64,000 nt of DNA. Origin: Octopus vulgaris (Eukaryota). Below are positions 12,409 through 25,879 of the stretch, in pieces. Within the stretch, counting starts at the first letter, position 1; each line of letters starts with the position of its first letter. The position numbers and the translations under genes are program-made. Below the pieces are notes generated by a model that worked only from the letters and a program-made list of their open reading frames with translations, had not been told where the DNA came from and searched no databases. Where the stretch lies: positions 2,852,001 through 2,916,000 of the forward strand of contig OX597819.1 in NCBI GenBank assembly GCA_951406725.2, written 5' to 3'.

Positions 12409-13013
12409 CACAATCATAATTTTTTTAACGTATTTTTTATGATTCTTAAATGCAGTTAATTTGTAAATGACATCAAATGTTAGATGGAAAAATGAGGAAT
12501 AAGTCAAATTTATCACCTGAAACTATCATGAAAAACATCAATAAAAATAAATGAATAAATAAATATCTGTATTGAAACTATCGTTGTAAAAAGAGTTGTT
12601 TTAATCAAGTAAGGAGAATAGTCATTGAACTTTATAAAATTGAACTTTTTTCCTTTTATGGAAAATATTACAGATGCTGAATTACCTCCCTTTAACTATA
12701 AATTCCGTATGTTCTTAAGGGGAGCCATATCGAACAACTCGGGATAAATTTCTGAGAAGATCGACTCATCGTCATCAACATTTAACACCCATTTTCCATG
12801 CTGGCATGGGTTGGACGGCTTGACAAGAACTGACAAGACCAGGGGCCACACCAGGTTCCATAGTCTGTTTTGGCTTGGTTTCTATGGCTCGATGTCCTTC
12901 CTACCGCCAACCACTTTGCAGAGTGTAGTAAGGTGCTTGTGATAGATATAATAAACAACATGTAATGAAGTTTTAACGTATTAGAAATGATAGAAAAATA
13001 ATAATATACTTAC

Positions 13014-13120
13014 ATTTCCTTTGGGTTTAAAAATATCACAGAGGTAGACATAGCCATGCCATGGTACACTTAAAATAAATTTTTGAGGAGAAACACCACT
13101 GACCATGTATTCATCAAAAC
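13014..13120 (-). CDS. CTBS: CTBS-like GH18 gene, coding exon 5 (FDEYMVSGVSPQKFILSVPWHGYVYLCDIFKPKGN)
   Basis: ttgctttcag| acceptor, |gtaagt donor, 107 nt, phase 1-0; P.K.ILSVPWHGY is the GH18 P.KLVMGVPWYGY motif. Confidence 0.9.
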
Positions 13121-13249
13121 CTGAAAGCAAAAAAAAAATAATAATTAAATATCTACCTTAGAATTATCTTGAAATTCTGACTGATAACTGATATTATACT
13201 AACAACAAAGAACAATAAATGAATGTCAAAAATGTTTAGCTAATGATAG

Positions 13250-13720
13250 GTGACCATGAATAAGTCTCCTTCCATCTCCTCTGTCCACTATTCCTGGGAT
13301 GGTCATGAGGGGAGAGTCCTCAAGCACCTCCTCCACTGGGTCCTGTCAGAAGCAACCATCATTAGACATTCTAGCTGGATTCCCAAGCATGACCAACTAA
13401 GACTATGGATATTATCCAACCATCTTGTTCGTCTACCCCTAGGTTTCCTGCCAGTTGGCTTGGCTTGAAGAGTTCATCTTTCAATTCTTTCCTATGACAT
13501 TCTAATCACATGTCCATAGTACCAGGGCTGTGACCTCCCGAAGTGGGGAAGTATCAGCTCGACCTGGAGAGACTCCCTAATCATTCCATTGAGTAAGTTA
13601 ATGAGCTACACATTCCATTGAGTAATGTTACTCCAAAGACCCTTCGGAGGAACACCATTTCAGCTAATTGTATTCACAGTCCAATTCCTTTGGTCATTAC
13701 TCAACAAGAGGTATGGAAAC
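13250..13720 (-). mobile_element. Decayed RTE-clade LINE C-terminal remnant
   Basis: Minus strand PTGRKPRGRRTRWLDNI resembles the RTE R.RGRP..RW.D.I motif. Confidence 0.5.
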
Positions 13721-14089
13721 CAAATTGAAAATAGATTTGAATTTTTTTGCCTGCCTCTTCTCTTCAGACACTTGAATGCTGGAGACAGTGTTTTACACAG
13801 TGTAACACAGTTTTTGTCCTTTCATTTGTAAAGTTTGAAAATATTGATTTGTGTGAAATCTGACTGCCATTTCTAGCATGCTGTACGATTATGCAGAAGC
13901 TCTTTTGTTCAATACTACACTTAAAATTCACAATCAACAACAAAAAACATTTTCTGAATACAGAAAGAAAAAAAAATCCTTAATTATGATATCTGACTTC
14001 AGCATTAGTAAGAGAGAGAGGTCTGTATTTTGAGTTGAACCTGGTATTTAACTGGTATAAATTGCAGCAATCCCAGAGGAAATACACAC

Positions 14090-14188
14090 CATGCTTTCCG
14101 AAATCCGCCGAAACTACACCTGATTATATATACACTTTGGATGATTTGTAGTGCACCTGAGCACTGTACACAATTATTATTATTATTA

Positions 14189-14222
<34 letters not shown>
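14090..14222 (+). mobile_element. CR1-like LINE extreme 3' end (same subfamily as 9624-10686)
   Basis: catgctttccgaaatccgccgaaactacacctgattatatatacacttt...gtgcacctgagcactgtacaca plus (TTA)n. Confidence 0.85.
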
Positions 14223-14224
<2 letters not shown>

Positions 14225-16004
14225 GATCAACTACTAAACACAGAGCAAAATACTTTCAGACAGACAGGTCAGAGAATTTGTCAAGTAGAAATTGAAAAGC
14301 ATTTAACTTACTATCAATTTTATCCATTCACATAAATAATTAATTCCTGCTAGGATTGACTTGGCCTTTTATCTGACTGCAGTTGCTAAAATAAGTTCCA
14401 GCAATATTCTGGCATTGATTTTATTGACTATACTTTATCCTTGAGCCAAGTTAAAAGGAACAATTTTCTTTTGTGAGTGCATATATTACAATGTGTAACA
14501 TGATTTTTGTCCTTGGGTAACAACTGTCATTTCCTATTTGCTTACTCCTAGAAACTATGAAAAATGGCTAATACTTCCTTCAAACCTTGCTTTTGTTACA
14601 ATATTTATTCAAACCCCAAAGAAACCCTCTCAACACATGGCTATGATGCACCTCTCTCCACACCTGCTCATGATTGGAGATGCACATATTGTCAGCCACC
14701 AAAGAAATGCTCAACTAGTTAAGGTCAAGTAACTGAGTCAGAAAACCGAAGTTTGAAGGGAATGGTAGTCATTTCCTTTGATTTTTAGAGAGAAGCAAAT
14801 AGAAAATAACACTTACTGACCAAAGATTAAAAAATAAAAATTTGGTAACTCTGTGTTATTGTGCCAACACCTGCAATTCTAGCATTCAATTTTGCCTCCT
14901 ACCTTCAATAAATACAACTTAAGATACATAAACTTCTACACTTTGGAAAAATACACAAAAAGTGAGACAGATGTGTTATTCAGAGGTGATGGTCACAATG
15001 AAATGATTTCCAAAAAGAAAAAATGAAAAAAAGAGAAAAATTTATAAAAGTGAGGAGAGAAAATGAGGCTATATTAATAATGGTTTCAAATTTTGGCACA
15101 AGGCCAGCAATTTTGGGATGGGCGTAAATCAATTACATCAACCCCAGGACTCCTGTCCTTGAAAGGATTAAAGGCAAAGTCAACATCAGTGGAATTTGAA
15201 CTCAGCATGTAAAGACAAAGAAAATGCTGCTAAGCATTTAACTGGTATAGTAATGATTCTGCTACTTCACCGTGTTTGAGGCTACATAAATAATATTAAA
15301 AATACTTGGCAAGCACCATCTACTACACATTGCTTAAATTAGTCAATGTATGTCTGAGTGAATTCTCATGCTTTTGCTAACATCTGTTTTCACCTCTTGC
15401 TAACACAAACAACAAATACTAGTGATTACATTAAATGTTCAACTATATTAAATACCTTAACTGATAACCAGTAACAGTTTATAAAAGAAACAAAGTTGAA
15501 AGTAACAATGTCTCTTTAGATCCTTAATAAGGCATAGTTAACACGTAGTAAGTTACTGTGTGGCACTGCTGACTCTAACAATAAAAGTTCATATCTTACA
15601 ACATTGGTTTGTACCAATTGTCAACCATAAGCAAAGAACAGTCTACATGTTGCAATGAAATAACTGTTTTATGATAAAGAGTACATCCGACAGGGAACAT
15701 CTGTCATAGTGACTGCAAAGAAAATATAATTTAGAAAACTATTCAAGTATCTTAGGATGGTGAAATGGAGTTTTCAGTTTTCCAAAGGATTCATATAACA
15801 ACTAAGTGATATTGTTTAAAAAATCATTTCATTTTAAAGAAAAGGAAGTTTATATAATTTCCTCTTTATTAAGTTTAAAAGAGAAAATGAAGTGGTTATA
15901 AATCAAAAATAAGATGTAAATTTTTTCATTGAGCTTCTTGAGATAGAAAACATCAACATTAAGCTTGAAATAATTCAATAATTTAGTTGTAGTACCGTAC
16001 TTAC

Positions 16005-16176
16005 CAAAGTGTAGTTTAGTAATTGGAACAGCGGCTTGAGCCAAACAATGAGTCTCTTCATGATTTATAAAGCTTTCAGCGTTAAGCATAAATTTATCAC
16101 ACACACTAAGCATTTTCTTTATAAATTTGCACTGATATTCACGACAAGGTGGGAACCAACTGATAAGGCACAGAAA
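16005..16176 (-). CDS. CTBS: CTBS-like GH18 gene, coding exon 4 (FLCLISWFPPC...CDKFMLNAES...CLAQAAVPITKLHF)
   Basis: tttttacag| acceptor, |gtaagt donor, 172 nt, phase 0-1; aligns with chitobiase VAWSP...CDFLFVMSYD...CIAAANAP. Confidence 0.88.
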
Positions 16177-16489
16177 CTGTAAAAAGACAGGTTTTATAGA
16201 CATGATTTTTTTTTAAAATACTTCTATATACAACACTGAAATATTTGGAGAGAAAAAAGAGTACTAAATGAAAATTTTAATATTTATTTGCTATGCATAT
16301 AGTAGGACAACGATAGAACACAGTTCTCATTAGAGCAAGATGTACCCAATGAGATTTTTAAATAAATCTTTAAAAAAAAAGGAAAGGAAGTCTTAAAAAA
16401 GGTTTAAAATATTGAAATAAATGAAAAGAGTAAAAGCAAGGAAGACTGTGTATATTGTGAAGGAGGAAAGAAATTTTTAAGTATATTAA

Positions 16490-17522
16490 CCCTTTAGCAC
16501 TTAAACCTGCCATATCCAGTCAAATTATCCTACATGTTTTATAATAAAAAAAAATAATAATGAAATTCTTGTATACAGTGCTCAGGTGCACCACAACTTG
16601 TCAGAAAGTGTGTATAAAGTATATGCAGTAATGTACAAATGTCTGGAGAGTGAACAGTGAATGAGTCAGATACATGCTTGCGTGTGTATGGAGGGGAGAA
16701 AGATCAGGTGTTGTGTTGGCAAATCTCAGGAAGCGTGGAAGTTTTGAAGGATGCAGTGCTCCGACAACTAACAACTGATGCCGGCAGTTTGTTTCATGCT
16801 TCAGCAACTCTTAGCATGAAAAAATGTTTCCAAAAGTCATGGAAGGAGCTGTGCTGTTTTCTGACTTTGTAAACATGTCCACGGGTGTTATGTTCAAACA
16901 GGCCAGATCTGGTTTTTCACACCAACCTTACAACAGCATTCTAAAAAAATTAATTATTTTTTTAACATTTTAATGTTTCAGTCATTACACTGCAGCCATG
17001 CTGAGACACCACATGGGACAACATGGTTCTTTCCAGTTAAATGGATTGACTCCAGTACTGTGTTTTTTTTCTTTTTTGTTAAGTTGGATATTTATTCTAT
17101 CAGTCTCATTTGCTAAACTGCTAAGTTACAAGCACATTAACACACCAACACTGGTTGTCATGCAGTGGTGGGGGACAATCACACAAAGAAAGAAAGAAGG
17201 AAAAAAAGAAAGAAGATAGATAGATAGATAGACAGACAGACAAACGGACGGGCGAATGGACAGACAGACAGACTGGCAGGCAGGCAGGCAGACAGATAGA
17301 CAGACAGATAGATAAATGGATAGCTAGATACACAGACAGACAGACAGACAGACTGACAGATAGATATGATGGGCGCTTCTTTCAGTTTCTTTCTACCAAA
17401 TCCACTCGCAAGGCTATAGTAGAAGACACTTTCCCAAAGTACCATGCAGTGGGACTGAACCCAGAACCATGTGGTTGGGAATAAATAAGCACTGTTTTTG
17501 ACAGAATATGAATGCTAAAGGG
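16490..17522. mobile_element. piggyBac-type MITE (TTAA TSD, CCCTTTAGCA termini) containing nested CR1 (16553-16890,-) and SINE (16965-17480,-)
   Basis: ttaa|ccctttagca...tgctaaaggg|ttaa; uninterrupted 204-bp relative at 28129-28332. Confidence 0.75.
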
Positions 17523-17678
17523 TTAAATATTGTTGCATAGCTCTAAGTCTTGTATGGCTGAGTATACCTATGGTACATAGCTTGTTAATCAAACAACTAA
17601 ATGCTCCAAAGATTCATATCTTCTACACATTTTTACATGCAGTGCTTAATCATATAAAGTACAGTGTAACACTCTTGA

Positions 17679-17729
<51 letters not shown>

Positions 17730-18189
17730 TTTCTCCTCTCCAATCTACTCCTCTGTAGAGTTGTTGTTTAGCTCCTGGCCATCTTTTAATGAGCAGATCT
17801 ATAATCAAAGGCATTCTATCTAACGATCATGCCATAGTTTGTACACCCTGCACTAAAATGTTGTTGTTGAAGACTGCCTATCAATTTATTTTTCTTTGTA
17901 TTAACAATGCTTGTATAGCACCCAATTATTTTTACTATTTCTATTTATCTACCTACATCAACAATGTGATCCATGTTCCATCAAGCAAAAGTGAGTGCCA
18001 TATCATCACTGATGATATGACACTCACTTCCAGTCGATGCAGCAAATGGAACACGAATGATGATATTAAATACAAGGACAATGGAGAAGTCATGTATACT
18101 GGCAAACACTCTCATTGAAACCTTCTTTTCAGATGCTGACTACCATCCTGCTTCTCACTGTTCACTCCCACCTCCCCTTTCACATGGCA

Positions 18190-18685
18190 CTGTCAATGTC
18201 GGCACACTGACAAGGATAGCTGCATAAAGAAGTGCCAATCTCTAAATGTGAAAGGAACCTGTGGAAAGGACCCAGGAAGATGTGGGGTGAGGTGGTGAAA
18301 TGTGATTTTCGAATGTTGAGTCTCTCAGAAGCAATGACAAGTGACCAGGACTACTGGTGAATTGCTGTGCCTGAGAAGACATATCAAGCTAAGTGAAATC
18401 ATGGTCATGGCCTAGTGTCAGTGAAGTGCAAATGGCACACATGCTGGTGACACATAAAAGGCACCCATACCGGTGACGCATTAAAGGCACCCATGCCAGT
18501 GACATATAAAAGACACCCAGTACACTCAGTGGAGTGGTTAGTGTTAGGAAGGGCATCCAACTGTAGAAACCAAGTCAAAGCAGACTGGAGTCTGGTGCAG
18601 CTTTCTGGCTTACCATCTACAGTCAAAGCATCTAGCCCATGCCAGCATGGGAAAAAATGGATGTTAAATGATGATGATGATGATG
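18190..18685 (+). mobile_element. Decayed RTE 3' end with (GAT)n tail
   Basis: GTCGK.PRKMW.EVV remnant followed by aaaaggcaccc repeats and ggatgttaaatgatgatgat. Confidence 0.7.
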
Positions 18686-18688
18686 GTA

Positions 18689-18739
<51 letters not shown>

Positions 18740-19119
18740 TGTGTGTATATATATATATGTGTGTGTGTGTATATATATATGTGACATGGAAAAATGGCTT
18801 ATCTGGAAAAGCAGCTTAGGCCCTACTACATCTCTAAACTCAAGGACAGAACTTTTCGGATCATGCCCACATGAAATCACATTTCACCACCTATCTTGGC
18901 TCTGCCGTCACCTACAACCTATCCCTTGATGCTGAGCTCAATATACGCATTGGCAAGGCAGCTGCTGTGATGGCCCAACTCTCCAAACAGGCATGGGACA
19001 ACAATAAGCTGACCAAGACAATAAGCTGACCACAGATAAATATCCTCTATTTACATAATATCGAGGTCTCTTTCTTTCTTTTGTTATCTTACTGTTTTTA
19101 CCAATATATATATATATAT

Positions 19120-20107
19120 ATCACACTCAGAAGAAGCCCTCCAAAAGCTCATCAACTGATTTGAGCAAGCATGTAGTGACTTTGGCTTAGTTATCAGCCT
19201 CAAGAAGACCAACATCATGGGTCAGGCTACATTGGACATCCCAAACAGATATATTGGAGATTACAGACTACAGGAGGTGGAGAAGTTTACCTATCTTGGC
19301 TCTACCGTCACCTACAACCTATCCCTTGACGCTGAGCTCAATATACGCATTGGCAAGGTAGATGCTGTGATGGCCCAACTCTCCAAACGCGCATGGGCCA
19401 ACAATAAGCTGACCAAGACCACAAAAATGAAGATTTACCAGGCATGTGTACTTAACACTCTATTGTATGGAAGTGAGACTTGGATGCCATACACACGCCA
19501 AGAGCGTCGCCTAAACATCTTTCACCTGCGCTGCCTCCGGAAAATCCTTCGCATCAAATGGCAGAATCATGTCCCCAACAAAGATGTCCTCAAGTAGGAA
19601 TACCAAGCATGTTTGCACTCCTCACACAAAGACGTATGAGATGGCTTGGACATGTTAGCTGTATGGAAGATGGTAGAATCCCCAAGGACATATTCTACGG
19701 AGAGCTTGCTAGGGGCACTAGGTCTGTGGGAAGACCGTTCTTACAATACAAGGATGTCTGCAAAAGGGACATGAAGGCCTGCGACATCAATATTAGTAAC
19801 TGGGAAGCAGTTACCAGCAACCATGGAGATTGGCGACATACCGTAAAAGAGGGAACACAAAGGAGTGACATAGTGAGAAAGGAGAAATGGAAAGACAAGA
19901 AAAGACGTCAACAAGAAACTACGACATTACAACCAGCCAGGCAAAGTCTTCGCTACATTTGCGGTACCTGCCAGAGGGAGTGTTTGTCCAGGATAGGACT
20001 ACACAGCCACAGCAGGAAATGTATTAGGACATGAAATGTAAAAGCCGGACTAGATTATTTTATGCGCAACACCATTGTCTCCTGAGACAAAAAGGATGCC
20101 AACAACA
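19120..20107 (+). mobile_element. RTE/BovB-like LINE 3' part with C-terminal C2HC zinc finger
   Basis: ORFs 19217-19597 (FTYLGS, LLYGSETW, FHLRCLRKIL) and 19480-20034 (RWLGHV, GEL..G.R..GRP, CGTCQRECLSRIGLHSH); (CAA)n-like tail. Confidence 0.9.
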
Positions 20108-20176
20108 TATTTCCTACTGGAGTAATTAGTCACAAGGTTAATTACAGAGTTAAAATTGACTGAAATATAAACTTAC

Positions 20177-20391
20177 GGATATATTAGAAGAAACGGAAAC
20201 CAAATTAGATTTCAATTCTGATATCACATCGGTAATCACAGTCACGTTTTCTGCAGTCAAGTCTGATGAAGTCAGCCGAACCATATCTAGTAAATAGATA
20301 TCTACAAAGAACTCAGCTACTTTATTTTTCTCTTTATGTATCCAAGACTTAATTTCCTTTTCCTCCTGAAGAGATTCTTCATGAAGTTTGC
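20177..20391 (-). CDS. CTBS: CTBS-like GH18 gene, coding exon 3 (contains degenerate catalytic motif DIYLLDMV)
   Basis: ttttactttccag| acceptor, |gtaagt donor, 215 nt open, phase 1-0 joining exons 2 and 4 in frame; SWI...K......D....D matches chitobiase SWI..K...MDGINIDIE spacing. Confidence 0.82.
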
Positions 20392-20881
20392 CTGGAAAGT
20401 AAAATACAAACCTTCTCTTATTTTTACAGACAAATTTTTTTTTAATATTGTTATACTTGGTGATGGTCATATTCTTGCCAATTAAACACACGCACTATAT
20501 ACTTGGTCTTCACTTCTGCTTTATTATTATTATTATTATTATTACTATTATTATTATTATTATCTTAGTTTCTTTGTCAAAGCTCTCTCATCACACACTC
20601 TGTGACCTCTTCAGCGACTCTCTATCCCATGTGTCTCCTCTTGTTCTGTTTATTCCATTTTGTCTTCCTGTGAGCTTAGACAAAGACATTGAAATAATAA
20701 AGCTGAAGTGAAGACCAGATATATAGTGTGTTTAATTAGCAAAAATATGACCAACCTGCTTCAACACAAGATTTCACATCAGGAATTTTGCAAAGCAAAT
20801 ACAATTTTTTCAAAATCTTTTCCAAATAATTCTAAAAGATATACAATATTGTTCATTACAATTTTATCACTAATTTTCTTC

Positions 20882-20921
<40 letters not shown>

Positions 20922-21283
20922 CATGTGATTAAGACTTTATGAATATAAAATCTCAGCTTTTGAGTGGCTAAGGTGCTGGAATATCTTGCTTTAAGTATCC
21001 CTACACATGAATAATCCTTTCTATTATAGGCACAAGGACTGAAATTGTAGGGAGGGGACTAGTCAATTACATTGACCCCAGTGTTTCACTGGTACTTAAT
21101 TTACCGACCCCAAAAGGATGAAAGGTAAAGTCAACCTTGGCAGAATTTGAACTCAATCCCTACCCATGAATAATGGAAAGACAAATTAAGAAAAATTGAT
21201 GTCAAAGAACTTTCTGAAATTAATATTTGTAAATTACAAGATAATTTCTTCTTCATATTTCTGTTGTCACTTTATCATTTTAA

Positions 21284-21787
21284 TCCTTTAGCATTTAATC
21301 CAGCTATATCCAGTTGTGGGATGACGTCAGCAGCTGGGGAGTTGACCGGAACTTGGGGCTGACCAGAAGGGGCAGGAGTGATGCGCATGCAGGCAGGGCA
21401 GGATTCGGCCTTTTCGATCGAGGTCGCCAAGGGAGTAAGACGCGTGAGCACGTTGTTAAGGTAGGGTTGAAGCAGCTGCTATTTCTAGTGTTCGGGTCGG
21501 GCTGTGTTGAAGGATCCGTTACCGCTGAAGGGTCTCCGTCTGAGAGAAGAGAAGGTAGGTGTCTTTATTTCGAATCTCTCGCACACACCACACCAGTCAA
21601 AATAGGCTACCTGTTTTATGCTCCAGCTGGCCAGACATCTTGCCACTCAGACCAACCCTACAACACCATTCTAAAGATTACCAGTTACCTTATCAAAATC
21701 TCAAAGCTACAAGAGAATGCATGATTAATACAAAAGAATGAGAATAAATAAGTATTACTTATGATAGAAAAATGTGAATGCTAAGGG
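21284..21787. mobile_element. piggyBac-type MITE interrupted by a solo LTR
   Basis: ttaa|tcctttagcatt...aatgctaaggg|ttaa. Confidence 0.65.
21315..21592. mobile_element. Solo LTR, 278 bp
   Basis: TGTGG...CCACA inverted termini with perfect 5-bp TSD CCAGT (21310-21314 and 21593-21597); GC/CpG-rich relative to flanks. Confidence 0.85.
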
Positions 21788-22844
21788 TTAAATGAAAATG
21801 GCTTAACACTAAATACTGCAAAAAATTTAATCAGAATGCTGCATGTAATGAATCACGTTTTTATTCACACATACAAATGAAACACTTGCTATTTCCTTTT
21901 CCTCTTATGTAATCAAGTAGCTTATTGTATGCAGACTTTAAAGAGAAGTAGAATTTGTTCATTTATAAGCTCTTCTGCAAAATAAAAAAATTAGGGAATT
22001 TACCCAAAATTGGAGTCTTAATTGGAGATGCAGCATGGAATTTTGTCAGTGAACAGGTTGCGGTCTCAAAGCGATGAAAACATTTTGACAAATTAAATTT
22101 AAATGTTGAAGTGAATCTAATGGTTTTTGTGTGTTTCTTAAATGGCTTATAATCACCTTCCACATTGGAGTCTTAATATTTTTTTATAAACAAATTAGCT
22201 GACTTTCTGTAAACCAAGACACATTTTCAACATTTTCTTTTTGGTACCATCAAGAAATGTATGAAGGCTGATGCTGTGGAGTCAGTTTAATACTAATGCT
22301 GTACTGGTTAGGCTACTAAATATATTCTTTAAGAGCTATTCCAAAGCATGGCTATATATTTAAATTATACTTCAATATTTTGAAATAGGATTTGCTTATT
22401 CATAAACAAAATTTAATGACCAAGGGTTCTGGTATTTAAAAGATGCAGGCTCAAATATCTACCATTTTCACTGAACTTACTGAAAAAAAAAAATTTACTT
22501 GTTTAACCACAGGCTTACTATTACAGCCATGATCTTCTCATCTTTTTTAATCCATACTATACATAAGGTTACATTAGTCTTTTTTATTCCATAAATTGGG
22601 GAATGTGGTTTGAAGGTAATTTAATTACTAAATATAGCAGTTAGTTTATGGAGCCACACAGAGTATGTATGGGAAACCCTTTTTAAGAAGTGGGCCACAT
22701 GGGACATTGCTTATTATTAGTGTTTGTCAGCAGACATGACATAGCCGTTGTCCTCACATTTAATATCATCATTCATTCATGTTATACTTACTGCATCTAG
22801 CAGAAGTGAGTGTCATAAAGAGGTCAAATCCTGTACACTATGGA

Positions 22845-23745
22845 TCTCTATTGCAAGCAGACCTGGACACAATGCAGCAGTGGATCATGGACTGGCAACT
22901 CAAGCTGGCTGTGGACAAATGTACCACCATGCATTTTGGGAGGAGAAACCCAGTGTCCACCTACTCCCTCCACAACATTAGTCTCAAAAAGTCTTCATGT
23001 GAACGTGACCTGGGTGTTATTGTCGACAGTGATTTGCGTTGGACAAAAAACATCGCTAAAATTGTCAAGAAGGCTGAGGGTGTCTTGGCATCACTCACCA
23101 AATCCTTTGTGAGCCGCTCTCCAGCTATCTATCTGCGGCTTTATATAGCTATGGTAAGATCTCACCTGGAATTTGCATCACCGGTCTGGAATCCCTATCT
23201 TGCCCAGGATATCAATCATCTGGAAGCTGTTCAGCGACGTGCAACCAAAAGAATACCCTCCATCAGGCATTTGCCATATTCTGAACGCCTTACTTCCCTG
23301 GGCATGGACACATTGAAACTCCAACGTCTGGCAGCTGACTTGGCAGACACCCATAAAATTATCAACCATCGTACAAACAATAACTCTGAGCACCTTTTCA
23401 AACTCCACCCATCTAACACCCGTGGACATATTTACAAAGTCAGAAAACAGCACAGCTCCCATGACTTCAGGAAACATTTTTTCATGCTGAGAGTTGCTGA
23501 AGCATGGAACAAACTGCAGGCATTAGTTGTTAGTTGTCGGAGCACTGCATCCTTCAAAACTTCCATGCTTCCTGAGATTCGCCAACACTACACCTGATTG
23601 TCTCCCCTCCATACACACGCAAGCATGTATCTGACTCATCCACTGTTCACTTTCCAGACATTTGTACATTACTGCATGTACTTTATATGCACTTTCTGAC
23701 AAGTTGTGGTGCACCTGAGCACTGTATACAATAATTTCATTATTA
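22845..23745 (+). mobile_element. 5'-truncated CR1-like LINE
   Basis: ORF 22779-23597 LQADLD...ERDLGV...LEFASPVWNP...QRRATK...EAWNKL; 3'UTR and TTA tail. Confidence 0.92.
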
Positions 23746-24448
23746 TTTTTGTTTAATAATGTGAATGGCTCGGCATACTTTAAGATACACCAGAATTAAC
23801 AGATATTAATGACTTGTAGGGGCGTGGTATTATTTTATATAAAAGTATTTTTTTATTTAGGTGAGCCATTCAGAAAGTCCTGCCACAGTTTGACCTAGAA
23901 CTTCACTCATTGGGTAATACTTTTAAAAGTTCTTGAATTCAGTTAACTTATTGATGTTAGATATTTCCAAGATGGTTCTGGAGGCAAAACACAGATGTAA
24001 GTTCATAATCTTAGGGGAAACATTTTGACTTATTTGGCAGCATAAACAAGAGCACTGATATATCATCAGTCCAGGATAAGTAAACTGTTCTCCACAGAGA
24101 ACAAATTATTGATAACCAAAATCGAATTTCTTCTTTGTAACTCTGTAGGGAAGGTGAGAAGTCCTACTCCATAATTAATGAAATATTCCACACACTGTCA
24201 AGCTACAGCCTTCAAATCTAATTAGCAAGTCAAACTTCCTTAAATTTTTCACTTCATTTCAAACATTCGTGATCGTTATCCAAGAGGAAGGAAAATCTTA
24301 ATTTATTGAAGATTTATCAGATTCTTAAGTCAATTCAAAATGTATTTTTGGATATATTTCTTTGCCCCAACACCCAAACACCCAAAAGTTTATTTTCATA
24401 GAGGCAACTTTCCTCTTTCTAGTTGTGCTTTTATTCTCTTATTTCCAA

Positions 24449-24964
24449 CTAGCAGTATCGCCCGGCGTTGCTCGGGTTTGTAAGGGAAATAACTATATAA
24501 GCATTTTTAGAGAGTTACTTCCCTTATAGATGCCAATTCGGGCTTTCTTAGCCATTTCTGTTTTGGTGTCTTCAAGCCATGAAGTCGTTGTTCTAAAAGA
24601 ACGTGGTCTCCTTGACAACGCATTACGACGTTGATTTCCTTAAATTCCCTTCCCCACAGCTTCACGAGGGAGGGAAGAAGGGGGAGAAGCAAACACAGGT
24701 GCAGGTGTTTGAGCGTGGACGCCAACTCCGCCGCCATCGACACACGAAAAATTATGCATTAAAATGGAATAAAAAATGATGTTAAATTATTTTTAAAATC
24801 GTAGACTCATCGTAGACACGCGCTAATAGCCAGACGGGCTTGATATTAATCACGACTATAAGATACCCGAATTTGGTTAAACTGCACCGCAAAATGTGGG
24901 AGGAGTTAGGAATCTAAATCGAAGGGGACAGACACTCACACAACTACAGTTTTATATATATAGA
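24449..24964 (-). mobile_element. Non-autonomous Helitron
   Basis: Minus strand A|TCTATATATATAAAAC start; 3' hairpin cccgagcaacgccggg then CTAG|T. Confidence 0.8.
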
Positions 24965-25331
24965 TTACAGATTAAAATAATTTTTCCAACTTAACTACAT
25001 AAATAATTATTGAGTTTCATTTTTTATTTAAGTATATACTAGACTATGTGAAAACACATGGCTTAGTGGTTAGTGTATTGACTCATGATCCTAAGACTGA
25101 GGTTTCAATTCCTGAACTGGGCAACATATGTTCTTGGGCATTTTGCTCAAGTTCACTCAGCTGGCAGAAATGAGTAATCCTATGATGGACTGGCATCTTG
25201 TCCATGAGAATATATATGACTTGGGAAGGATCTTTATCCTATATATTAGATGACAGATTACTTCAAAAAATATTTTTAAACATTTATGGATTAACAGACA
25301 TATGCACATAAATTGTGGTAAATATTTTTAC

Positions 25332-25482
25332 CAGTATAGCCATATCTTCGTCCTTTTGAATGAGTATAGCACATCAAGGTAGGATCCGGTTCATCTACAC
25401 TGATTACACTGGATATCAATTCCCAATTCCAGTCCTTCCAGGTTTTCCTTGGTTCGTTATAATCATCGGACATAACAAACAC
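25332..25482 (-). CDS. CTBS: CTBS-like GH18 gene, coding exon 2 (VFVMSDDYNEPRKTWKDWNWELISSV...DPTLMCYTHSKGRRYGYT)
   Basis: tttaatag| acceptor, |gtaaaa donor, 151 nt, phase 0-1; strong match to chitobiase VFVF..KTWKSYDWSQITTV...DSELMCYAHSKG. Confidence 0.93.
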
Positions 25483-25879
25483 CTATTAAAAAATAAAAAC
25501 AATTAAATACATTTTTTTTTTTAAATACGAACAAACATAAAAATGTGGTCATATTCATTTAGTTAAGAAATGTACTTTGCAAATACATGGACCAGAGTTC
25601 ATTCCCACAGTGCAACACCTAACACAAGTATCTTCTACCATAAACTTAGACTCATAAATGCATTAAAGGTGGAATTTTCTACACACAAGCTATACAGAAG
25701 TCTATTAGTTGTTTTGTTACCTACCAACTTCCTACCTACCTAGATACATACATTTGTCTATGTATTTTGTATAGGGGTACAAATGTGACTGTGTGGTTAA
25801 GAAGTTTGCTTCCCAACCACAGGATTTCAAGTTCAGTCCCATTCTGTGACACTTTGGGTAAGCAGCTTCTGCTACATAA

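Noticed and set aside
15600-15712. Strong acceptor-like tttctttgcag on the gene strand in intron 4
   Set aside because: In-frame stop in the required phase and no homology; at most a cryptic exon
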